From: Adineta vaga
Taxonomy: Eukaryota > Animalia > Rotifera
DNA length: 64,000 nt
NCBI GenBank assembly: GCA_021613535.1
Contig: CP075495.1
Location: 868,001-932,000, forward strand
Reading direction: 5' to 3'
The notes beneath the pieces are model-generated. The model saw only the letters and a list, made by a program, of their open reading frames with translations, searched no databases and was not told the origin of the DNA. Positions 1 to 11,008 of this stretch are shown piece after piece (position 1 is the first letter of the stretch; each line of letters starts with the position of its first letter). Both the position numbers and the translations under genes were made by a program.

Positions 1-1285
1 ACTATGCTCCTGTTGGATCGGAAAATGGCTTAAATATTAGAAATTCGCAGAATGTGCAGAAAATACTTCAGTTTATATATAGAAACCACTTAGGTCATAT
101 CACTTGAACATCATTCAGAGTCAAGTTTAATGAAGCGCAATCATACAAACTCTCTTCGTGCATTGTTCTTTATATGAAATCCCTCAGTTAACATGTGTGA
201 ATTATAAGAAATAAATTTTAGTGTACTAGCACGTGCTGTGATGGTTCCTTAAACAGAACATCAAGTGATATGTACTGTGTGTACTTCAGCGTTAGTTTTG
301 TGCTAACAATGAACAGAAAAATCTAAACTAACAGTACCTTAGAATCTCGTATGACATTTTTACACTATTTGCTCGAATTTCGTACAAAAGATACGTTTTC
401 TAATGGCAATATTTTCAACAATAGTCCACTATAACTAGCAGATAAAATGATAAAAATTTCAGTTCAATCTGCTTTAGTTGATAGGAGTTATAGAATAAAC
501 AAAATATAAAATCTCGTGTGACATTTAGTGTGACAACTAGATTTTTAGATTTTACTTGATGTTTCTGTTTTAACACAAGTAAGTGAAATGTTTTCATTGT
601 TTTACTGGTTTTATTTCCCACTCATAACCTTCCATTTAAAGCGTGTCCGACAGATTTTGAATATCTTGTTACATCGCAAAGACGTTTTTAAATTTCGTGT
701 GACACTATATTGACTTTAGATAATACACATAGTATTTGGAAAAAAAACGTAACAAACTGTGATGAAAGAACGAACCAATTTAATATTAGCCATGTGCATA
801 CTGCCTACTATAAATGTCAACTAGTTTGAAAATTCAAATGATAGGAAATGGGTCAGTTATAGGTCATTTTCTGTCCATAGGTGGGAGCAGGAATCAGTTA
901 TTTTACCCTTGTATATGCAGTATCTCAGGATTGGCTAGCGATAAATTCCTGATTTTTTGTGTGGTAGTGAGCATCAACTAGAGTAACATATTCAGAAATT
1001 TTCATAAAGATTGATCAATAGGAACGCGAGTTATTCACGTTTTACTAATATGGCTACGAACGGTACAATAATTTTGCAATTCACCCATATATATCACAAT
1101 CCAGTGAAGACATGAAAAGTTTCCAACTTATTCATTGTAAGGCTGTCGTCGCAAAAGTTCTCGAATTCATTTTTTACTTTTCTTTGTAGTAAGATGAACG
1201 AAATTATGAGACGAAGGAAATACTCGAAGCTACACTACCGCCCTCGCGTAGAAATATTATTTATTGAATAAATTTTTTCTTATTA

Positions 1286-3295
1286 TTAGGATTTCATCTT
1301 TGTACGTTCGACGTTTCTTTTATAGGTTTGACGATCGGGATGTTCCGAAGATAATGATTGTTTTGCAATTTCCAAAGCATCTTGAAAAAATAAGGAAGCT
1401 TCGGAATAATTTTTCATATTTTCATGCATCAAACCAACGTTATTATAAATTGGTGCTAGATCAGGATGATTAGAAGGAAGTGATTGTTGATTAATTTTAA
1501 GTGTTTTTTTATAATATAAAAGTGCATTGCGATAATCGCCCATATTGTAATGCATATTACCAATGTTTCCGTAGGATTTACCCAACTCTGGATGATTCGA
1601 TGGAAATGATTTTTGAACAATCTCTCGAGCTTTTTCAAAATACGGAAGAGCTTTTTCATATTCACCTATTGCACCATAAACTGTACCGATGTTGTTATAG
1701 GATGTTGCCAAATGAACATGAGTACATGGAAGTGATTGTTCACGGATTGCAAGAGCTTTTTCATGAAATGAAAGTGATTTTGAATAATCACCCATGTTAA
1801 AATATACCAAACCAATATTGTTGTACGATGAAGCCAAATTAGAAGGATTAGAAGGAAGAATATTTTTATAAATAGCAAGTGATTTTTCATAGAATTCAAT
1901 TGCTTCTTGATATTTTGCTTGCCTATTTCTGATTGTACCAAGTTGGTGATAAAATGATGCTTTCTTACCTTCATTCTTTGTTTCAGCGAGTAGCATTTGA
2001 TAAATTTCTTCAGCCTTATCATTTTGACCCAATTTCTTTAGTATTAAGCCTAATCTTTCCCATGGTTGTTCACATAAAAAACTCTCACCTTTTATGCGTG
2101 TAGCAAGTATCGATAAATCATTATCGTTGTCACGAGTAAGTGTCAAAGTCACTTCGAAAATTGCGGTATTCTCCTTCATTACTTTAATATCATTAATACG
2201 AAATATACTATGCATTGAAAACAGTACTTCATTCTCAGTGGGCTGGATGCTGACGTCGCGAATTGAAGCAAATGGTATTGTTGATTGCTTTGGATCGATT
2301 TCCATTATGAAAAGAATTCCTACTAGATCGAATTTCTCTACAGCTAATGTAGCAAATGCAACTGAAACTTCTCGACTCTTACTAGTGGATAAGAAGTTAT
2401 TAAATGAAATCAATCCACCTTGCTCCAATTGTTTGAATTCTGCTTTTGATAAGCCTTGTCCACGATAAACTAAAAAACTTTCAGTAAAATGTTCTTTCTT
2501 GTGTAATTTGTCTATTTGTTGATGTAGATCATTAATAAAGAAGCCCATTCGTATGATTATATCACCATCAGTCATTCGTAATGCACGATTGAGCATGGGG
2601 TATAAAAAACTCTCATTGGTATACCACCATATTGGTGTCTTTTTGTGATATTTACGTTTCAATTCTTCAATATTCTTTAATTCTTTTCTATCATTAGCAT
2701 AAATATGGCGACAGTGATCCGCAAAGTCTTTTATATGTTGATTGTCGAATTTTATTGTTGATAGGATATCTTTTAAGATTTGCGTATACATAAAAGATGG
2801 ATCGAGTTGATCCAATTTTTTGCTTGTATTCCAGAAACTTATCGAGAGAGTATTTTGTTCGTACAATTGTGTTGTTTGTTGGAGAACTTCACAGATAGGA
2901 TCAATTTCTGTAAAAACACCGTTAATTTTGGGCCATTCTTTAACCCATTTTTCATGTCGCTTTTTATCACCACAGAAAATAAAAATTGAGTTCATCTGGC
3001 ATAGATCATGTACACGAGGTACAATTTGTTGACCAAGTGAACCTGAGACAACTATGCAAATTTTCTGATGTCGAATTGTTTCAATAAATTCAATGCATTG
3101 ATCACCATCGGTATATATTTTGAGATCATTGACAGTGCATTTAAGTTGAGTAATGGTATTTAGACAATCTTTATTATTTTCATCGATGTTTCTATCGATC
3201 CATATAACAAGGATATTCTGCTGATCGAGATTTTGACGTCCACGTACGTCTTTTGAAAATGTGCTTGTTAGTTGAGTTGTTTTATTGGTCGCCAT
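1286..3295 (-). CDS. ADP-ribosyltransferase (R-S-E type) domain + TPR repeat protein with N-terminal receiver-like domain
   Basis: Intronless 669-aa ORF. ART motifs VYRG...FLSTS...ENEVLF; about six C-terminal TPRs (e.g. LASSYNNIGLVY); N-terminal IWID...IVVSGSLG...IFIFC segment. Confidence 0.9.
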   Translation of the reverse strand: MATNKTTQLTSTFSKDVRGRQNLDQQNILVIWIDRNIDENNKDCLNTITQLKCTVNDLKIYTDGDQCIEFIETIRHQKICIVVSGSLGQQIVPRVHDLCQMNSIFIFCGDKKRHEKWVKEWPKINGVFTEIDPICEVLQQTTQLYEQNTLSISFWNTSKKLDQLDPSFMYTQILKDILSTIKFDNQHIKDFADHCRHIYANDRKELKNIEELKRKYHKKTPIWWYTNESFLYPMLNRALRMTDGDIIIRMGFFINDLHQQIDKLHKKEHFTESFLVYRGQGLSKAEFKQLEQGGLISFNNFLSTSKSREVSVAFATLAVEKFDLVGILFIMEIDPKQSTIPFASIRDVSIQPTENEVLFSMHSIFRINDIKVMKENTAIFEVTLTLTRDNDNDLSILATRIKGESFLCEQPWERLGLILKKLGQNDKAEEIYQMLLAETKNEGKKASFYHQLGTIRNRQAKYQEAIEFYEKSLAIYKNILPSNPSNLASSYNNIGLVYFNMGDYSKSLSFHEKALAIREQSLPCTHVHLATSYNNIGTVYGAIGEYEKALPYFEKAREIVQKSFPSNHPELGKSYGNIGNMHYNMGDYRNALLYYKKTLKINQQSLPSNHPDLAPIYNNVGLMHENMKNYSEASLFFQDALEIAKQSLSSEHPDRQTYKRNVERTKMKS

Positions 3296-4139
3296 TATTT
3301 TTTATCAAAAATCGAAGCTAATCGAATGATGAAAATCTGTGCATTTTATATTTTTCTACTTGTTGCTTTGAATAATGAAAGTATGACGAAAGAAAAATAT
3401 GGAATGAAGTCTTATTACAGTTGCAAAACAATGTGGAGGGCATAGTTTAAATGAAAAAAAAAGAAGCTCGAAGAATTTGTTTTTCGTTCTGTCTACGAAC
3501 ATGATTTTTTGGAGAAATTTTCAAGTTTGATAAAAAGGATTTTCAATTGCTGTCTGAATCTAACGATAATAATATATGTGGCGAAGAAAAAATCACGAAA
3601 AAAAAGGAAACAAATACAAGAGAATGTTTTACTGTTTTTTTAAAAGAACAACAATACGTACGTTTTAATTGCTGTATTTCTCTCTTTCTCCTTATAAGGA
3701 GAATCTAGAAAACATTGTAAACAGTGGAATAGGTATACTGTTCATTTATGAAATTGTTTAAAGCTGAATAGATACTTTTAATAAGAATATAGAGAGAATA
3801 TTGTTTGTACATTTGAAAGATGTCGCCGAGTTATACAAGTGATCGAAGAAACAATATTATCTGTTGTAAAAATGATGTCGAAGATAGTATCATAGCAGTT
3901 TTATTACCATATATATGCTTATGGAGAATCATATATAACAAAAATGATATTAATTTTGTTTCTATTCGTGTGCTATTCATAGCCAATCATAGGATGGTCT
4001 AACTGCAATCTATCACAAAAGCTCACCTGACAAAATAACTAACAAAGCGTTATCTGATATTCATTCTTTACTAAGAATTTATTGGAAAATCACGATTTTA
4101 CGCATATTTTTTCAAGTAAGTTTTCCATCTTCTATTTAG

Positions 4140-5624
4140 ATGACTAATTCATCGACTGATCAAACTTCGCATTTATCTTCTCGTCTGGTTATAAGAAATG
4201 TATCTGTTCTTACTCTTGACGAGAACAATAATTACTATACAAATGCAACAGTCATCATTGAAAATGGACGATTTACTCATATTCTTCCCAATGGAAATAA
4301 TTTCGATTCAACAACCAATGATCAAACGATCGATGCTACAGGAAAATTACTGATGCCTGCGTTAGTCGATCTACATTTTCACACTGCCATTGCTAAGGTA
4401 TACTTTATCTTTATATGTCCGAGCAAGTGTTCATGATCTTTTTAGGGTTGGAATGATCATCTTCCACTTTGGGAATATCTTGATGAATGTTGGTATCCAT
4501 CGATTCGTGCTTTAGATAAAGAAGCTGCTTATTGGGCTGCTATGGCTTCTTATATGGAAGCAATTAAGAATGGAACAGGAACAGTTAATGATATGTATAG
4601 ACAATTGGATGGTCTTGCTGATGCAGCTGATGAAATTGGAATTCGAGCTGTTCTTTCCAATGATATTGCTCTTCGAGAATTTAATTTAGATACTCTCGAA
4701 GATAATGTAGCTGCCTTTCATAAACATAATGGAAGAGCTAATGGAAGAATTCAAGTATGGTTCGGTATTGAATGGCTTCCTCTTGCAGATCTTGAATTAT
4801 TGAAAAGAACAAGAGAATTAGCAAATGAATTAGGTTTGTTAAATTTCATTTTTACTACAAAATTCTTTCAATCATATTCATTTATTCATATAGATACAGG
4901 TATTCATATTCATTTAAACGAATCGACAAGTGAAATTGATTCTACAATGCAACGATTTAATAAACGTCCCACAGAAGTAGCTCATGAAGCAGGAATTCTT
5001 GGAACTGATTGCGTGGCTGCTCATTGTGTTCATCTTTCCGATACTGAAATCGATCTTCTCGCTAAATCAGGTACTCATGTATCACATAATCCAGCTTCAA
5101 ATGCAAAATTAGGCAATGGAATTGCTCGTTTGCCTGAAATGATTCAAGCTGGTATTAATGTAGGATTAGGTCATGATGCAGCTGAATGTTCTAATTTTAT
5201 TGATATGTTTACTGTAATGAAGTTTGCTTCATTAATACATCGTGCTGCACGACAAACAACTGAAATTGGAAAACCAAATGATATTCTTCGAATGGCAACA
5301 GTAAATGGACAAAAAGCGCTTGGACATAGTCAGGAATTAGGATCCATTGTTCAGGGTTTCAAAGCTGATTGTATTCTTATTGAATTGAAAAGAACGGAAT
5401 TTACTCCATTAATCGAAGATGATTTAACTCATCTTACTAGTCATCTTGTATTCTCGGCTAGTGGAAATTGTGTAGATACAACAATTATCGATGGTCGAAT
5501 AATAATGCAGAATAGAAAAATGCTAACTGTAAATGAAGAACAAGTGATTACTGAAGCAAATAATGCTTTTATTCGAGTGAAAGATAAAATGAAGATTCTT
5601 GTTCGAGAAAAAACTCAAAACTAA
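4140..5624 (+). CDS. Metal-dependent amidohydrolase (MTA/SAH deaminase, AtzA-like family); probable microbial origin
   Basis: Two ORFs joined by GT-AG intron 4398-4445; second in-frame intron about 4834-4893. Motifs DLHFH, HIHLNE, AHCVH, SHNPASNAKL, GLGHD. Confidence 0.88.
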
Positions 5625-5659
5625 ATCTTTACATAAACATTTTTCTTTTATTTCTTTTC

Positions 5660-6817
5660 ATTTGAAAAATGTAGTTCGTTTGTTCATTAATTCGTTTGAT
5701 AATTATATCAACATCTGGATCCAATCTTTTTGCTTCTTTACATGCCCATTTTGACACAATCATCTACGAACAGATCTACAGCACGTCTTAAATAATGTGG
5801 CAATATCGCTGCTTCAACTTGAATATCAAGTGTATAATTAAATCGTGCTTTTTCTTTTACTCTTAATCGATCACATTGATAACCCCATCATGCAATGCTT
5901 CGTACATATGCTTGCACATCCAATCATATGGATGTAGTCGATAAGGAACTCGTTGAGCATCTTCTAATAATTTTTCACCTTCATTTTACCATTGTTTAGT
6001 CAACTCAAATGTATTCGATTGACGCATGCTTTCACGGGTTTCCATCAATTTTTTATAACGATTCTCTATTGTGCTATTAGTTTCATTCCATACCAAAGGA
6101 TTTCCATCTAGATCAGCTGTGATATATTTCTCGTTTGAATTCGATACATCCTGAGCGCATCGCTCACATAGACAATGACTTGAAATATTTTTATTCAGAT
6201 TTTGTGAATCATTTACTGACCTTTTGTGATATTACGTAAAGTTTTAATGTATAGTTGAGTGTACTGTTGAACCTTAAGAAAAACGCGCGCATTGGGTAAA
6301 CAACTGTGATTGAATAATGATGTTTGTGGGTAGAGTTTTTTAAGAGATATTTTTTGTTTTATTTCTGGTATAGCGGAACCAAAAGCGTTGATAGCTGCTT
6401 TTTCATAAGCTAATTGCCATTGAGCATTAGAATATAGATCGAGATAAGGGGATGGTGGTAAGTTGGTATGTTGTCCCGATGGCATTATAGGGGATAATAG
6501 ATCCATTATATCAGGTCGATCGAGAAGTTATCTAATAAAAGCTTGCGTATGATGTGCATAACGAATTTCATTGCCCGTTTGAATAAAGTCTTGATCGAAG
6601 GTAGGATATGGTATAGAAACAAGAGCTGCATCATACATAATAATTGTGTTAGTTGGTATATCTGTTCGTGCACGATAACCATACTTCCTTTAACTTCGAT
6701 TTCAACCAAATCCAAATAAGTTTGCCAGTCGAATGTTTCAACTGACATATACGGCAATATTTCTATACCTGATAAATTAGATATATCATTCGTTGGTTGA
6801 TCTACTGCTTCAGCCAT
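5660..6817 (-). pseudogene. Frameshifted SET-domain (SMYD-like) lysine methyltransferase
   Basis: Motifs are split over different frames: GKYGYRARTDI-like N-SET near 6690-6660, FNHSCLPNA near 6315-6290, post-SET HCLCERC near 6180-6157. The 3' boundary is approximate. Confidence 0.7.
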
Positions 6818-7182
6818 GTTGTTTTAGACTCTACCTGTACACAGAAAAAAAGTAATTAAAATCTGTTTTTGATAACAAAATATCAGAACTTCAATTGAAG
6901 GAATAGTGACGTACAAAAGCGATGTCTAATAATATTGTACTGAATCTTTCTTAAAACAATCATAAAAACGAGTAGGTTTAAGTGATACGAACAAAGTGTG
7001 CAAAATTCGTCATACGATAATAAATCTTTTTTGTTATCATCAAAATGTGTCATATTTGTTTTTTTTCTGATATCATACACACGTTGACTTTAGAAGGTAT
7101 GTATATAAAAGATGTATAAATCATCAACACGAAATGAAGAAAAGATTTTATATTAAATTAATATTTCAGATATTTTTCATTC

Positions 7183-8094
7183 ATGGCACCTGTTACTCAA
7201 GTATCTATATTAACAGAAAATCCAGCGAAATCATGTCGAATTTGTCTTGATAGTGATAATCAAAATGATTTGATTAGTCCATGTTTATGTACTGGTGGTT
7301 CAGCATATGTTCATCGAAAATGTTTAGATAATTGGCGTGCATTGAATAAATATGGTCGAGCATTTAAATCTTGTGAAGTTTGTCAATTTGAATATATTAT
7401 TGAACCAATTGTTGATGATCCAGATGCAGATAAAAGACGATTACTTATCTTTCGTTTATTAGTTACACGTGATATTACATTAATTCTTATTGTTCTTCAA
7501 GCAATTCTTGTTGGATTAACTTTTCTCTTACAATTTCTTGATAAAAATTCTTATCGGATTAGAAATTATTTTCCCGATTCAATGAGTTCATTTGGTGTTT
7601 ATTATCTAAGCAGTTTAATCTTATTTTTAGCATTACTAGGTTTCTTTGGTTTAATTGGAGCTTGTTGTGGATTATTATCAGATGCTGAAGCTCGAACAGG
7701 TGGTTGTGGTTGTTATTATTGTTATTGTGCTCCAATAAGTTGCGATAGTTGTCATGGAAATAATAGTTGTAATGGAAATAGTGGTGGTGGTGGAGTTATA
7801 GGAATGATTATCATCATATTTGCAGTTATTGGTGTAGTTGTAGGAATTATTTTAAGCGTAGTTATCGTCAGAAAAATAGTTAAACGTCATACAAATAAAT
7901 TATGGTTAAGACAAGAAACGAAAAAATATGTTGTAAAAGATTTTCAAGGTAAAAGACATGAATTACGAAGTTTACCACCACGAACTCTTCAATCAACTCT
8001 ATCGTTAAATAATCAACTTTATGATCAACAAATATCAATGAAACCATCGGCACCACCTGCACCAATACCGACAGTTTCCAAATCTGTAGATTAA
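7183..8094 (+). CDS. RING-CH (MARCH-type) membrane E3 ubiquitin ligase
   Basis: CRIC...PCLC.G...VHRKCLDNW...CEVC (C4HC3) followed by three hydrophobic helices and a Cys-rich loop. Confidence 0.9.
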   Translation: MAPVTQVSILTENPAKSCRICLDSDNQNDLISPCLCTGGSAYVHRKCLDNWRALNKYGRAFKSCEVCQFEYIIEPIVDDPDADKRRLLIFRLLVTRDITLILIVLQAILVGLTFLLQFLDKNSYRIRNYFPDSMSSFGVYYLSSLILFLALLGFFGLIGACCGLLSDAEARTGGCGCYYCYCAPISCDSCHGNNSCNGNSGGGGVIGMIIIIFAVIGVVVGIILSVVIVRKIVKRHTNKLWLRQETKKYVVKDFQGKRHELRSLPPRTLQSTLSLNNQLYDQQISMKPSAPPAPIPTVSKSVD

Positions 8095-8313
8095 CATCAT
8101 CAAATCTATTTTTTTCTTATTCGATGAATTCGTCAATGATTAAATCAGGAACTAATCAAACATTGATTCTTTTTTAATTTCATATATCTTTCTGTTTCAA
8201 ATAATACTGATTAATTGAATATATATATATATATTGTATGTTGTAAAGGATCTTCTTGAATGCAGTAGAAATTTATTAAAGAAATATGTAGAAAAAAAGA
8301 AGAAGGAAAGAAT

Positions 8314-9413
8314 TCATCGGTGCTTTTGAGCTTTTGGACCCGATCGATGTTTGAATTTGTCGATTTGTGGTCGTTTTGGTAGAGTATTGAAACGTCCTGA
8401 ACGAGCTGATTTTGCTTCTTCATTTTTCTTATCTTCTTCGTAAGATACATCCAAAAACTTGCTCTAGGATTATGATTTTGCTGCCGTCCTCGTGTAAATG
8501 AAATCCAAGAACCTAAATGAATACGAGGTGAAAAATATGAAACATTACGAAGGTTCAACCAGGACATTTCTTGAAAACCTTCCCAATCAAATAATGGTGC
8601 AATTAAATATCTATCTGTAGTGCACTTGGATTCCACATCAGCATCATACTCTTCTTTCGTTATATAAATACTTTTACAACTAAACGCATTTTGAAAACCA
8701 TCTGGAAGACGTTCATGCGCATCACCATTCACATCTACAAAATGATCTTCTATTCGTATTTGACAAATCTCTTGAACAGTTGGCAATTGTCGTTGTTGTT
8801 CTTGGGAAAATGACGAACAACAATAGTTTTTTACTATTGTCAATGTATGATATCGAAATCGAATGTTAAACACCTTTTGATTGGAAAATATATTCATAAT
8901 GAGTGAAAAGATACCATTTCTTGTTTCTAAATCATCTAAATCATATTCATCTTTGGTTAGAGCAATCATCAACTGAACTGCCATGTCACGTGCACCAATA
9001 GTAGCTTCTTTATATTTCACATATTTCTCATTTTCATCGAAATCAACACGATTTATTCGAACTAGATTGTCGTGTTTGAAACGAGGAAGCGGAATTGGTT
9101 TGATACATAAATAATCATATAACTGAAGTACACCCAAAATGTTTGATTTTTCAGGTAATTGAGTGAATAGAAGAGATGGTTGTTGTTTGATGATGGAATG
9201 ATAGATAATCATAAACCATCTGTAACGAATAGAACTATCTAATGCATATTCACCTTTATGATTTTTCATAGAAATGAAATCATCTGAACGTTCGACGAGA
9301 GCAGTTAAGTAAGGAAAATGCTTTAGTTGTTCTTGATTAATCTGAATTGTTTTGTTGGTTGTACCAAATCGAAATGTATACATGGTAAAGTCTGTTTCAG
9401 CTGCTTGGGTCAT
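8314..9413 (-). CDS. Uncharacterised protein with weak BTB/POZ-like N-terminus; probable frameshift near the 3' end
   Basis: Long ORF, likely ATG at 9413 (MTQAAE). A second frame from about 8455 reads ...EEAKSARSGRFNTLPKRPQIDKFKHRSGPKAQKHR* (stop 8314-8316), and this segment is also kept in the adjacent duplicate. Confidence 0.6.
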
Positions 9414-9990
9414 TATAATCGATAGAGTTGAGAGCATAAAATGATCGCTGTAGTTTTTTTTATCATGATAATATATATTGCAAAAGAGAATTAAAAATCT
9501 GTTCTTTCCCACATTTTGTGCATACTGAGTCATACAGGTGCCGGTTTTTTCCAAGATGGTTTAGTTTGCGCAATAGGAAAGCATTTGCATTGCATATTGT
9601 TTATAAACGAAAAACTCCGTCCAGGCTACGATGACATCTATCATAAATTGAATTTCGATTAAAATAGTTTCTATTCAACAGAATAAAATAGTCAAACATT
9701 TGAAACTGTAAAATTTTCAAATCATCTACAGAAAAGTCCAAGGACGGTTGCGTATGTATCAATAATGTTATGAATTGTCTGTAAGAGTGCTCACTAGATT
9801 AAGATTGACTACTATTTGAAAAGACTTTTCTCTTGAATCCATAGCCTTTTCAAAATACAGATGATACATAGAACATTCACCAATAAACAGTATTCCTATA
9901 TCACTCTGTAATCTCGCTTTAATAAAGAATTGTCTCCAGGATTATAATAAAACAATGTCTATTATTATGCAAAACGTCTCAAAGATGTTT

Positions 9991-10316
9991 TTGAGCATTT
10001 GGACCTGATCGATGTTTGAATTTGTCAACGTGTGGTCGTTTTGGTAGAGTATTAAAACGTCCTGAACGAGCTGATTTTGCTTCATGTAAGATAGATCCAA
10101 CACTATTTGTTCATCTTGCTCGAATACTTCAGATGTATTTCGAATGATGTTCGAACTAGTTTGTCATTTTTAACAGGAGGAAGCGGAAGTGGTTTGACAC
10201 ATAAATAATCATAAACCATCTGTAACGAATCGAACTATCTAATACATATTCACCTTTATGATTTTTCATAGAAATGAAATCATCTGCATGTGCAATTAAA
10301 GCAGCTAAATAAGGAT
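9991..10316 (-). pseudogene. Internally deleted duplicate of the 8314-9413 gene
   Basis: 9991-10083 matches 8326-8418; about 10179-10213 matches 9085-9118; 10214-10286 matches 9214-9286. Confidence 0.85.
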
Positions 10317-11008
10317 GGTGCCTTTTCCTTAAGAGGACTAAATCAAAATGTATATATATTATTATTATTATTCCTTGTCATTCGTGTTGGTAATATAAGA
10401 ATGATTTTAATTATATTTAGCAAGAAACTACAACTTTTCTTAGGTTTCTTCCGAATAAACAACGTAAGTGAGATCTATTGACGAGAATATTTGTTTTTTT
10501 TATCAAATTTGTTCATAATAAAACCTGTGTGCATGTGTTGTATTTTGATTGCAAAAGAAAAAGAAAAAAAAGAAAAGCACGATAGAAAATACATAAGAAA
10601 GACATACACACACACACACACACATGTATTTGTGTCTAAGGCATAGAAATAATTAAATAATAAAGATAAGAAGAAAGAGAGATTACATTCTGAAGTTGAA
10701 AAATGTATATAAATAATAATAATAAAGAATAATAATAATAATAATAATAAATTGATTTGTTTTAAATGAGAAGAAGATTAAATATTTGAATTGACGAGAC
10801 TTCTATACAAAACATCTTTCTTCTTCTTCATCATCTTACTGTTTTGTTAGTTTGTCTCAAATATTCGTAGCACCACGTGACTTAAAAAAGAAAGAGAGAG
10901 AGAGAAAGGCTCTATTGCACAACAACACGAGATAAAAAAAAAAGAGAAAAAGAAAAAGCAGCACGCAGATTAATACAAAATAAGAAAGAAAGAAATATTT
11001 TCTTTTGA

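Noticed and set aside
9534-9570. tacaggtgccggttttttcc resembles a Tc1/mariner terminus
   Set aside because: I found no matching inverted partner or transposase nearby.
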